Both the position numbers and the translations under genes were made by a program. Under the pieces are notes generated by a model. It searched no databases and had not been told where the DNA came from. It worked only from the letters and a program-made list of their open reading frames with translations. A stretch of DNA of 42,364 nucleotides, from assembly GCA_049424145.1 (NCBI GenBank), contig JBMSSC010000007.1, positions 1-42,364 on the forward strand. Direction: 5' to 3'. This document shows, piece after piece, positions 30,099-38,958 of this stretch (position 1 is the first letter of the stretch; every line of letters begins with the position of its first letter). This DNA comes from Bdellovibrionia bacterium. GTDB taxonomy: Bacteria; Bdellovibrionota; UBA1018.

Positions 30099-31118
30099 TC
30101 AAAATTTAAATTCATCGCATGCCTGACGACGTAACTTATGCCTCTCGTTCATGGGAGGTTCCTCCAAAGAACTGAGGATTGCTTCACGATTGGTGACACT
30201 CTCTGACTCGGCCCTATCTAACTCCTTAAAAAGACTTTCTACGAATCCGTCCAGTCCATAAACAGGGACTATGGGTTGATCCTCAGATCTACAAGAACTA
30301 TAGGCTCCAGACCATCCCTTTGAGGCGAGCTTGTGGTGAATCACCATAGGATTTACTCGACCTTCCCAGCTGCTCCTCAAACTCTGGTGAAGCTCTAGAA
30401 CAGACATGTTTGCCGATGAAATCAGGCCCATATGCGAATTCATTGGAAGCTCATCTCCCCCTAGGGGTCGATGTTCGAGCTGAATTCCTGTGATCGTCAT
30501 TTTGATCAGATCGGTAATTGATTTACCCGAGAGATCAATCTTCTGCCACTCACGACCGTGCCTAAGGGACGACGTTCTGCCTTGCGCTGAATCTGTAAAA
30601 ATGCAGAGTTTCGATTCGATCTCGGCTTCTAGGTCACCCTGATTGTGTTTTTGCAGGTATTGGGCTAACAAAGAGCCACCGTGGCAGGACATATTGTGAA
30701 ATGCAACTCGATGCGTCTTCGCAATACTTTCCAATGCATGAATGATTTGATTTGGACCTGTGCCTCCGTAGTCTTCAACGGTTTTGAACTCATCGAATTG
30801 CTTCATCTCAGGACTCGGACAATCTGATGCACGACCACCCGGGCTACCATGAACGGCTTGCGTAATAAAAACTTGATCATCGACGGACAACTGGTTTCGT
30901 TCAGCCTCAAAAAATCGAATAAAATCCCGCCAAGTTCCAAATTTTTTGCATCTTCCAGACTGATTAAAAGGCTCTTGCGCAAGAAGAGGAGAAGCGGCTT
31001 GGAATCTTTCATCTCGATAAATACCTTCTCCTGTAATAATGAAGCAATGGGTTTGAGCGCTTGCATTTGCATAGCCCAAGATGCATAAAATTTTAAATAT
31101 GAAATGGAAATACTTCAT
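30099..31118 (-). CDS. Secreted protein, candidate clan CD (caspase/legumain-like) cysteine peptidase
   Basis: GGAGA SD and signal peptide MKYFHFIFKILCILGYANASA; DDQVFITQAVHG and VAFHNMSCHGGS motifs. Confidence 0.6.
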   Translation of the reverse strand: MKYFHFIFKILCILGYANASAQTHCFIITGEGIYRDERFQAASPLLAQEPFNQSGRCKKFGTWRDFIRFFEAERNQLSVDDQVFITQAVHGSPGGRASDCPSPEMKQFDEFKTVEDYGGTGPNQIIHALESIAKTHRVAFHNMSCHGGSLLAQYLQKHNQGDLEAEIESKLCIFTDSAQGRTSSLRHGREWQKIDLSGKSITDLIKMTITGIQLEHRPLGGDELPMNSHMGLISSANMSVLELHQSLRSSWEGRVNPMVIHHKLASKGWSGAYSSCRSEDQPIVPVYGLDGFVESLFKELDRAESESVTNREAILSSLEEPPMNERHKLRRQACDEFKF

Positions 31119-31384
31119 TTTGGAATCTCCAAAAATTAGCACTTCAAAGTTTAGCATAAACCCTAAAAAGTTCGATTTTAAATTCAACAACCACCTCATA
31201 AATGGCTTAAATGGAGAAAGTCCTAAGAGATTTTATTTATAAAATATTGCACTGAGTTTTGTAGTTGGATTTATTTTTTATGACAATCAAAACATAGTCT
31301 AAAAAGCTTGAAACCTCAATTGCATTCAAGACCATGAAATTATTATTAGTTTTTTCTACTTTATATAAAAGTATATTATTCTTA

Positions 31385-32374
31385 TCAATTCGATGGAATT
31401 TCTGTGACTACCTCAAAATCCAAAGGCTCAAATGAGGAAGGAGCTTGCTCGGAGAAGGGAATGGATTGAAGCGTTCTCCCCGAAGAAGCTGCTTTTTTTG
31501 TAGCATTCAAGCCCACGACGGGGGAGGAACTCGCTTGATCATGGATCGAGCGAGACAGAGAGCTTGAATGTTCCCACCCCTTCTGCTGGGAAGAAACAAC
31601 GCCTGCACCTGGGGAGGTTAAACTGGAGGCATCCCTGGAAATATCCAATGAAGAGAAATCAGAGGATAACGAAGAGAAGAAAAGGAGCTCACTGGAGCGA
31701 TCCAATTCAAGATGATCCACAGGATACTTGATTCCATGGGCGACAAACTGAGTCTGATTTTGAGCATCTTTTTTCTCAACATAGTCAAAGTAGCCAACAA
31801 AAACACCCCACTCTTTGGGTGTCTCCCCTGAATGCGCTTGAGCCTCTTCTAATCTCTTTAAATGCCGATAAGCATGAGCTTTTAAAGCACTCAATCTGGG
31901 TTCTGGAATCTGAAAATTTGCATACAGCCTAAAATCTTGATCAATGCTTACAACCTCAAGCAAAGCCCCATGAGATTCTGAAATCGCAGTCACCAGAAGC
32001 TGATCCGAGGAGGACTCATTGACATAGAGAATGTAACGGCTGGCTAGAGCTCGAGGCAGTTGAAATCCAATCTGGCTAAGACTCTGAGAGTAGCTTCCAT
32101 GCTCCGATCGATACTGACGCTCTTTAAAAACCACTTGCTCAAGATTCTCAATCAATTCCTGTTGAAGGCAGCTCGTACAGTTAGATTCAACTCGATGAAC
32201 TGAAGGGTTAACCACCACATCTGAAGACAGCGACAGAAGACTCGGAGCACTAATGAAGACCCCATTATTCTTTCGATCGAGATCAAATGAACTTGATTTT
32301 AGGTTCTGCGACCAAAGCGACAGCCCCAATAAAATCATCATTACTCCAAGAATGAATGCGTTTCGTCCCAGCAT
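31385..32374 (-). CDS. Membrane-anchored protein with type IV pilin-like globular domain(s)
   Basis: N-terminal hydrophobic helix; segment LEQVVFKERQYRSEHGSYSQSLSQIG...YILYV...LLVTA...SIDQD; start uncertain (32374 or 32497). Confidence 0.5.
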   Translation of the reverse strand: MLGRNAFILGVMMILLGLSLWSQNLKSSSFDLDRKNNGVFISAPSLLSLSSDVVVNPSVHRVESNCTSCLQQELIENLEQVVFKERQYRSEHGSYSQSLSQIGFQLPRALASRYILYVNESSSDQLLVTAISESHGALLEVVSIDQDFRLYANFQIPEPRLSALKAHAYRHLKRLEEAQAHSGETPKEWGVFVGYFDYVEKKDAQNQTQFVAHGIKYPVDHLELDRSSELLFFSSLSSDFSSLDISRDASSLTSPGAGVVSSQQKGWEHSSSLSRSIHDQASSSPVVGLNATKKAASSGRTLQSIPFSEQAPSSFEPLDFEVVTEIPSN

Positions 32375-32627
32375 GACTTTGATGCTTGATGATGCAAAGC
32401 AAAAGCCAAACGGAATAAAAAACCTTAACAATTGAGTCCTTAAATTACGAGCACTTAGAGCTCGTAAGTCGCTCTGAATCAGTCTCTGAGGATCCAAGAA
32501 ATTGACAGTGTCTAAGGATTTACCATTTTTCAGGACGAACCGCGTTAAACAAGGTATTTTTTACAAACTATGTGGATTCAATCTTTCGATTCAAACACAA
32601 AACGTTGAAACGATTGATATTTATTCA

Positions 32628-32643
32628 TGGCATAAGCCTTGCT
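32628..32643 (+). promoter_or_regulatory. Sigma-54 (-24/-12) promoter upstream of the M4 peptidase
   Basis: TGGCATAAGCCTTGCT gives exact GG-N10-GC spacing, 29 nt before the ATG, followed by a G-rich SD. Confidence 0.72.
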
Positions 32644-32672
32644 GCTTGCTTCAATTGGGGGGGAATTAAGCG

Positions 32673-34337
32673 ATGCAAGGAGATACGTGTCAACCACGTT
32701 GGGGTAAGTCTTTATCTCAATATTGTAAAAATACTTTTACTTGGATCATTGGAATTGCTCTATTGATTCCAAAAATGAGCTCTGCAGTTGAGTTTCCAGG
32801 ACTCATCCAACCCGATTTTGAGGGGGTTCATTCTTTTTTGCCTCTCGTTTTTGATGACCCTAAAGACCACACACTCAAGGAGTCTCAGATTGTCCAAGGG
32901 CCTTCAAAAATTCGAACCGTCAAATACCAACACTACTACAAGGGAATTCGGGTCTTTGGCTCCCTACTTTTTAAACACTCAAAGAAGGGAAAAACTCGGA
33001 TCCGAAATAAAATCTCCCAATTTGACTTAAGTATTAGGCCTCAACTGAGCGAGACTCAAGCGGCTGATCTAGCACGTGGATTTTTAAGCCATTTAGAACT
33101 CAAAAAAACCCCCTCGCTTCAGATCCTGCCTCACTCCCAGGAAAACACCGCACGACTCGTCTATTGGGTTGAGCTGCAGAGTAAAACCCTAGGACTGGAG
33201 CGTGAGATCATCCTCGATGCTCATTCAGGAGAGCTCTTAGCAGAACTTGATCAACACCTCACGATTGCACCCATTGAGATTTTTTCAGCAGAAAACCAAG
33301 GCATAGCAATCCTCTCCAACCCATCAAAACCGCAGGACCCCGAGCCTCATCACAACTGTCAGCTTTTGGACTTAAAAACCAAGAAGTCCGTCACCATCAA
33401 CGCTCGAGCCTGCCAGGCCATCTTAAATGGGGGCTCTCGCTGGACCACAGGCCAGTGCCAAGTGGTTGCAGGGGACCAAGGTCTTCCCATCGCTTTGGAC
33501 CCAACGTTTTGCACCTGGGTGGCTTCAGATGGTGAATTCTTAGGAGATGCGGACCCGTCAGCTGAAAGAGCCCTTCGGAACTCCAAGAAGGTGCTCAATT
33601 ACTTCAAGGATCACTTTGATCGCGACAGCTTTGATAATTTCGGATCCCCTCTGGTCAGCATCGTTCACGCCGGCCACCACATGATCAACGCCTTTTGGGA
33701 TCGAGCCAAAAACCACATGGTTTATGGCGATGGCGATGGACAAGAGTTTGATGACTTCACCCACTCCATCGATGTCGCAGGCCATGAGATGACCCATGGA
33801 CTGACAGCACATACGGCGAATCTCGTCATGATGGGAGAATCGGGCGCCTTAAATGAGGCCTTTTCAGACTTCTTCGGAAAACAAATCGAAGAGGACGACA
33901 GCTGGTTGATTGGAAAATCTCTGTTTAAAAAGAGCTTATGGTCTCCCACACGAGGGATTCGGGATCTAAAAAACCCCCATTCTATTGTAGGCTTGCTCCG
34001 CGACCCTCAGGGAAAAGCGGTGAACTTAAAACACCCCAGTCGAGTTTCTGAGGCGGCTTTCTTAAACGAGCCTCAGCCTTGTAGCCCTAAAAACGACCAC
34101 TGCTGGGTTCACTTTAACTCCACTATCCCAGGCCATGCTTCGTACTTAGTGACGCAAGCTTTAGGAAAAGCGAAGGCAGAACTCCTCTATTACACGGCAC
34201 TGACTCAAAACCTCAGCTCCACGGATAACTTCAGCTCCGCAGCACAGGCCATTTTAGAAACCTGCGATGATCTGCAATTCTCAGAGCACGACTGCAGGCA
34301 CGTCCGCGAGGCTTACGAGAAAGTGGAAATGCTATAA
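32673..34337 (+). CDS. Secreted M4 (thermolysin-family) metallopeptidase with FTP/PepSY propeptide
   Basis: YQHYYKGIRVFG, ILDAHSGELL, NAFWD, YGDGDG, DVAGHEMTHG, ESGALNEAFSD, VHFNS. Confidence 0.95.
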   Translation: MQGDTCQPRWGKSLSQYCKNTFTWIIGIALLIPKMSSAVEFPGLIQPDFEGVHSFLPLVFDDPKDHTLKESQIVQGPSKIRTVKYQHYYKGIRVFGSLLFKHSKKGKTRIRNKISQFDLSIRPQLSETQAADLARGFLSHLELKKTPSLQILPHSQENTARLVYWVELQSKTLGLEREIILDAHSGELLAELDQHLTIAPIEIFSAENQGIAILSNPSKPQDPEPHHNCQLLDLKTKKSVTINARACQAILNGGSRWTTGQCQVVAGDQGLPIALDPTFCTWVASDGEFLGDADPSAERALRNSKKVLNYFKDHFDRDSFDNFGSPLVSIVHAGHHMINAFWDRAKNHMVYGDGDGQEFDDFTHSIDVAGHEMTHGLTAHTANLVMMGESGALNEAFSDFFGKQIEEDDSWLIGKSLFKKSLWSPTRGIRDLKNPHSIVGLLRDPQGKAVNLKHPSRVSEAAFLNEPQPCSPKNDHCWVHFNSTIPGHASYLVTQALGKAKAELLYYTALTQNLSSTDNFSSAAQAILETCDDLQFSEHDCRHVREAYEKVEML

Positions 34338-34346
34338 GGGGAACAG

Positions 34347-34397
34347 AAAAAAAAGCGACAGGGAGACTCATTTCGTTTGAGACCTCCTGTCGCTTTT
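34347..34397. terminator. Bidirectional intrinsic terminator between convergent genes
   Basis: AAAAGCGACAGG...CCTGTCGCTTTT stem flanked by A and T tracts. Confidence 0.8.
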
Positions 34398-34428
34398 GAA
34401 ATAAAAGAAAAAAAGCTGCAGCCTACTC

Positions 34429-34875
34429 TTAATGCAACTCGGCTAAGTTAAAGCGCTTGACGACTTCCACAATTTGCTGCTCTAAATCCTCGTCCGTCTC
34501 AAACACATCATCAATATGAGAGGAGCGCATGAGGTACTGAACAATGGTCTCAGCCACGATTTTTGGTGATTTCTGAAAATAAAACCCATTGAGCTCATCT
34601 GAGCCAAAGCTATTGCGCACCACCGCCTTAGCCGCTCGGTACTGATCACTGTCTGTGAACTGGGAATCTTGTAACATCTCGGCTTTTGCGCCCACCTTCG
34701 CTAAGGTACGCTCTCGGAGATCCTCATCTGTTAAAATATAAGGTCCAATCAGACCTAAAACCTCATCCTGGACAATCTGCCTCAGACGGGGAGGAAAGCT
34801 AATTGCTTTGTGATTCTCTAAGCGAGAAATGATGCTTTTACATAGGAGTCGTAATGATTCTCTTTCGGTGGCCAT
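34429..34875 (-). CDS. DUF507-like protein
   Basis: Helical pattern resembling DUF507 proteins (LRLLCKSIISRL...DEDLRER...YRAAK; IDDVFETDEDL). Confidence 0.55.
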   Translation of the reverse strand: MATERESLRLLCKSIISRLENHKAISFPPRLRQIVQDEVLGLIGPYILTDEDLRERTLAKVGAKAEMLQDSQFTDSDQYRAAKAVVRNSFGSDELNGFYFQKSPKIVAETIVQYLMRSSHIDDVFETDEDLEQQIVEVVKRFNLAELH

Positions 34876-34921
34876 GGATCCCTCACTTGCTGAAATATTT
34901 TACCGCTTTCGATATTTTAGC

Positions 34922-36604
34922 TCAGCTCTGCCTCCGACTCAGCTTAATTTTCAATTTTTTGGTAAAAAAATCAGTGACCTCTGTTGCCTCCTTGAGGCGA
35001 AGCAGTTGGCATAAAAACAGAAACACTGCAGCCCCTAGACCAATCAGAATAGTCACTCGAGTCAACCGAGCTAAAAGCAGACCCCATTTTGAGCTCAATC
35101 CCGGAAACACGGAGTCAGGGAACCAATGAACCAGCAGGTGAGAGGATCCCTGACAAAGCACCCCCATCAAAACGGCTACGAGAAAATACTGAGTTAAACC
35201 CAGCAAAATCGGAGTCAGGGCCATCTGAAATCCCTTGGCCTTGAGAAGCCCTCTTACTCCCACGAAAAGAAAAATAGAGTTTAAGATGGAAGCCAGGGAC
35301 GTTCCCAGAGCTAACCCCCAGTACCCAAATGGTTGAACCATCACCGCATTGAGTCCAATGGTCAGAAGGACCGTAAAAATACTGGAAATCACGGGTAACC
35401 GAGTATTTCCCAACGCATAACAGGCAGGCACAAGGACTTTCACCACGGAGTAGGCCGTAAGTCCCACGGCGTACATGGCTAATGCTTTTGCTGTTGCCTG
35501 GGTGTCCAAAGCCGTAAACCGCCCATACTGAAAAATCATCTCAATGATGGGATATCCGAGGACAAAAAGACCAACTGAGGCAGGAAGATTGATGGCAAAA
35601 ACACTTCTCAAACTATGAGCTAACGTGTCACTGACACCTTTTAAATCCCCTCCCACCCAGTGCTTGGAAAGCCTGGGAAGAGTGGCTGATGCTAATGACA
35701 CCCCAAATACACCAATAGGAAACTGCATGAGTCGAAAGGCATAGTTGAGCCAAGAGACCGCCCCAGGACCCTGTGAAGTTGCCAGAATGGTGTTCACCAG
35801 TAAATTGACCTGAGTGGCCGCCAGGCCCACCGTTCCTGGAACCATCATCCAAATCATTTCCCGTAGCCTTCGATCTTCAAACCAAGCAGGCTCCGAGGGC
35901 TCTTTTTGAGTGAATTGGTACCCGTTTTGATACAAAGCAGGGAGCTGACAAAACGCTTGAACCGCTCCTCCGAACACCACCCCCACAGCCATCCCCACAA
36001 TGGGGGGAATGCTCCAGCTCCCTCCCCACTTTTCTAAAATCACGGCACACAAAACCCCCACCACAATGGACGCCAAGTTAAACAAGGCTGAGGCAAATGC
36101 GGGCAGAAAAAAAACTCCGCAGGCATTGAGCACCCCCATGAAGGCTGCAGCCAGGGCGACGAGAGGGAAAAACGGGTACATGATTCGAGTCAAAAGAACG
36201 GTCAGCTCAAACTTCCCGGGGATCTGTTGAAAGGCGCCGGCATAAAGAGAGACCAACTGAGGAGCAAAAAGAATCCCCAACAGAGTTAACCCCGTGACAC
36301 TGAAGCCCAGAACTCGAAAAACGAGCCCAGCCACTCTCCAGGCTCTTTTTGGACCTTCCTCCATCCGCGCTCGAGTGAAAGTGGGTACCAGCGAAGCACT
36401 CATCGCCCCCTCAGCAAACAGATCTCGAAGGAGGTTGGGGATCCGAAAAGCAACGTTATAGGCGTCCGTCCAGTTGCCCGCTCCAAAAAGAAAGGCAAAA
36501 ACCTGCTCGCGAACTAACCCCATGATCCGACTTAAAAAAGTGGCTAGCCCCATCGCTCCTGCTGCCCGATACAAACCGAGGTGGGATGTGTCTGCTTTGC
36601 TCAT
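34922..36604 (-). CDS. murJ: Lipid II flippase MurJ (MviN)
   Basis: SRIMGLVRE, AFRIPNLLRDLFAEGA, YAFRLMQFPIGVFG; many transmembrane helices. Confidence 0.97.
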   Translation of the reverse strand: MSKADTSHLGLYRAAGAMGLATFLSRIMGLVREQVFAFLFGAGNWTDAYNVAFRIPNLLRDLFAEGAMSASLVPTFTRARMEEGPKRAWRVAGLVFRVLGFSVTGLTLLGILFAPQLVSLYAGAFQQIPGKFELTVLLTRIMYPFFPLVALAAAFMGVLNACGVFFLPAFASALFNLASIVVGVLCAVILEKWGGSWSIPPIVGMAVGVVFGGAVQAFCQLPALYQNGYQFTQKEPSEPAWFEDRRLREMIWMMVPGTVGLAATQVNLLVNTILATSQGPGAVSWLNYAFRLMQFPIGVFGVSLASATLPRLSKHWVGGDLKGVSDTLAHSLRSVFAINLPASVGLFVLGYPIIEMIFQYGRFTALDTQATAKALAMYAVGLTAYSVVKVLVPACYALGNTRLPVISSIFTVLLTIGLNAVMVQPFGYWGLALGTSLASILNSIFLFVGVRGLLKAKGFQMALTPILLGLTQYFLVAVLMGVLCQGSSHLLVHWFPDSVFPGLSSKWGLLLARLTRVTILIGLGAAVFLFLCQLLRLKEATEVTDFFTKKLKIKLSRRQS

Positions 36605-36646
36605 ACAAGCAGCTCGTGCTGAGTGGCTAAACGCCCTTGAGGAAGC

Positions 36647-36955
36647 TTAAGCAAGCGAGGAGGACTTAAAGTTTTTGGAGAGCCATTGGGTGATTCCTTC
36701 ATCGAGCTTTCCTTTAAATGGTGCAGCCAGCAGACTCAATTGACCCTGCATCTCAATTCGTGCATCACTACAGACAATGGATCCGTTGAACATGGCGCTT
36801 TTGATGCGCACTTCTTTTTTTTGCTCATCACGCTCAATCTCAAACTTCCCAAGAGCGGCTTTTTCTAGAAAGTGCCCGACCCCTTGAGCGACCACTTGAT
36901 AAATCTCACTCGAGCTTTTTCCTGGTATCTCTACTTGACGCAAAAACTTAGGCAT
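36647..36955 (-). CDS. Polyhydroxyalkanoic acid system family protein (PHA_gran_rgn-like)
   Basis: About 100 aa with MPKF start and C-terminal LSLLAAPFKGKLDEGI typical of this family. Confidence 0.65.
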   Translation of the reverse strand: MPKFLRQVEIPGKSSSEIYQVVAQGVGHFLEKAALGKFEIERDEQKKEVRIKSAMFNGSIVCSDARIEMQGQLSLLAAPFKGKLDEGITQWLSKNFKSSSLA

Positions 36956-36967
36956 TTCCCAAACTTA

Positions 36968-38851
36968 TCAGAGCCTCTTGAGTTGGGCAAGTTCCTCAAC
37001 AACGAGAGGAATCTCTAATTCTGCCAATCTCTGACCCATTTCAACACAGGCTTCCGGCGTGATGAGCCACCTCTGAATTCGAACTCCCACAGGCAGACTG
37101 TGGGGGATTAAAACCCCAAAGGCTTCAATCATCATCAAGGGCTCATGAGCTGCCACCTGAGCCCCCTCTAAAAAGAACACGGCATGCACTCTTCCTGAAA
37201 CCAAAGCCTGGAGACTTGCCACCCCCTGCTGATCGGGATCCACTTTTTTTTGAATCACGCGGTACCAATTCCCCACCCTCACTAATAACCCACTTAAGAG
37301 GGGAACAATGGACATTCGAAGCTGCATGCCTGAGCTCAGCTGAAGCTTACCCCAGAAGATCTGTTCTTCTTTTAAAAACCGGGGAGACTCAGCCCAAAAA
37401 AACACACGGTAAAGATCGGGTAGATTGACGGGCCAATTTTGACAGACTTTTTTGAGTTCTAAAAAAACCGCCTTCAACTCAGAGGGGTAGCTCAGGTTGG
37501 GTAAAAACTCCTCGTCAACAAAACCCGCATTAAAGATCTCCTCTCGAACCCAAGGGTGCTGAAGCAACTCACTTAAGAAATACTGATTGGTCTGAACATT
37601 CCCGACGATCCAAAACTCATGGATCACCTGAAGCGCACGGCTCATCACCTCGGAGCGATTCTGTCCTAGGACGAAAAAAAGACCAATAATTCCTGAATCG
37701 GAAATCGAAACCTGCTCCCCGCTCTGATAGTTCAGCCAATACTCCACGGAGGATTCAGGATCAAGGGGTGGTTCTGGAGTTAAGACTTCAACAATTCGAC
37801 CCGGGCTAGGAAGGTGGAAGTAGGAATCTTCGGCATAAATCCGAAAGGAGATCCCATAGGAAGGCGCCTGAGACTCAGCACTTCCTTCAATTCGCTTGAA
37901 ATCGAGCTCATCAGGGGGGTGAGGACTTTGTAAGGCAGCCCATTGGAGCGAGACGGCTTTGATGTTTCCAATTTTCTCCCAAAGGTGAAACCCGGCGTTC
38001 AAACGGGGCAACCCTTCCACCAAGTAAGCCGAGTAACCATCCACCAGAAACTCAAAAATTCCAACACCCACATAGTTTAGCTCGCGAGCCAACGTCTCAG
38101 TCCAACGAACGAGCCGCTGGCTGACTTCCGGATCAATTTGGCCCGCAGGACAGATCTCCACCATCTTGCGGTACTGCGACTGCAGTGAGTGATCCACCAT
38201 GGGAAAGGTGGAAAAAGCATCATTCTGAAATCGAACAAAGGGAACTGCCACGTGCCGGGCCCCATCCACATACTTTTCAGCCAAAACCATGACTTCACCC
38301 ACATTCTTGCGCAATTGATCCAACCACCGGGTCAAATCGCGCTGCAGAGTCTGCTCATCTTTCAGCACCAATAGACTCGCACTGCCTCGTCCTTTCACCG
38401 CTTTTAAGACAAAGGGAAAAGACTTACCGGTATCACGGATGAACTTCTCCACCTCTCGAACGGAGACCATCGGATCAGCATGAAGAACGACGTTTGGGAT
38501 CCCCAGACGCGCGGACTCCCTCAGTAAGCTCAACTTATTGGAGAACAAAGAGAGGATCTTTGACGACGGCCCCATCACGGTGAGCCCCATTTGCTCGGCT
38601 AGGATGGGAAGCTCCGCTCGTTCCGCCCAAGGAGTCACTCCGGGGTGAACCCAGCCAGAAGTCCCAGCGACCGCTGCAAACTTCCCAAGCAGCGCCTTCA
38701 TTTGCTCCACACCCTTGGAATCACCGACTGAAGGAAGCGCCTCTCCCCCTAAGAATCGACGCTGAAAGATCGGCTCAATGCCGTTCTCCCGGAGCTCAGC
38801 GGCAATGAGTCTTGCGGTGCTCATTTCTCCTAAAACCAGGGCTCGTTTCAC
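36968..38851 (-). CDS. Degenerate biotin carboxylase (ATP-grasp) fused to a biotinyl-like domain lacking the acceptor Lys
   Basis: HPG, FPFVLKA, EKYVDGARHV, YVGVGIFEFLV, RIYAED, PSPGRI; C-terminal MIEAFGV in place of EAMKM; GTG start behind GGAGGGG. Confidence 0.8.
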   Translation of the reverse strand: MKRALVLGEMSTARLIAAELRENGIEPIFQRRFLGGEALPSVGDSKGVEQMKALLGKFAAVAGTSGWVHPGVTPWAERAELPILAEQMGLTVMGPSSKILSLFSNKLSLLRESARLGIPNVVLHADPMVSVREVEKFIRDTGKSFPFVLKAVKGRGSASLLVLKDEQTLQRDLTRWLDQLRKNVGEVMVLAEKYVDGARHVAVPFVRFQNDAFSTFPMVDHSLQSQYRKMVEICPAGQIDPEVSQRLVRWTETLARELNYVGVGIFEFLVDGYSAYLVEGLPRLNAGFHLWEKIGNIKAVSLQWAALQSPHPPDELDFKRIEGSAESQAPSYGISFRIYAEDSYFHLPSPGRIVEVLTPEPPLDPESSVEYWLNYQSGEQVSISDSGIIGLFFVLGQNRSEVMSRALQVIHEFWIVGNVQTNQYFLSELLQHPWVREEIFNAGFVDEEFLPNLSYPSELKAVFLELKKVCQNWPVNLPDLYRVFFWAESPRFLKEEQIFWGKLQLSSGMQLRMSIVPLLSGLLVRVGNWYRVIQKKVDPDQQGVASLQALVSGRVHAVFFLEGAQVAAHEPLMMIEAFGVLIPHSLPVGVRIQRWLITPEACVEMGQRLAELEIPLVVEELAQLKRL

Positions 38852-38958
38852 ATTTTCCCCCTCCAAAAGGGGCTCATCCAAGACATAATCCAAAACATTG
38901 CGGCGAAAAATAGCTCAAACACTGGACAAAAACCACTCCATTTGATCTGTAGAAGAAT

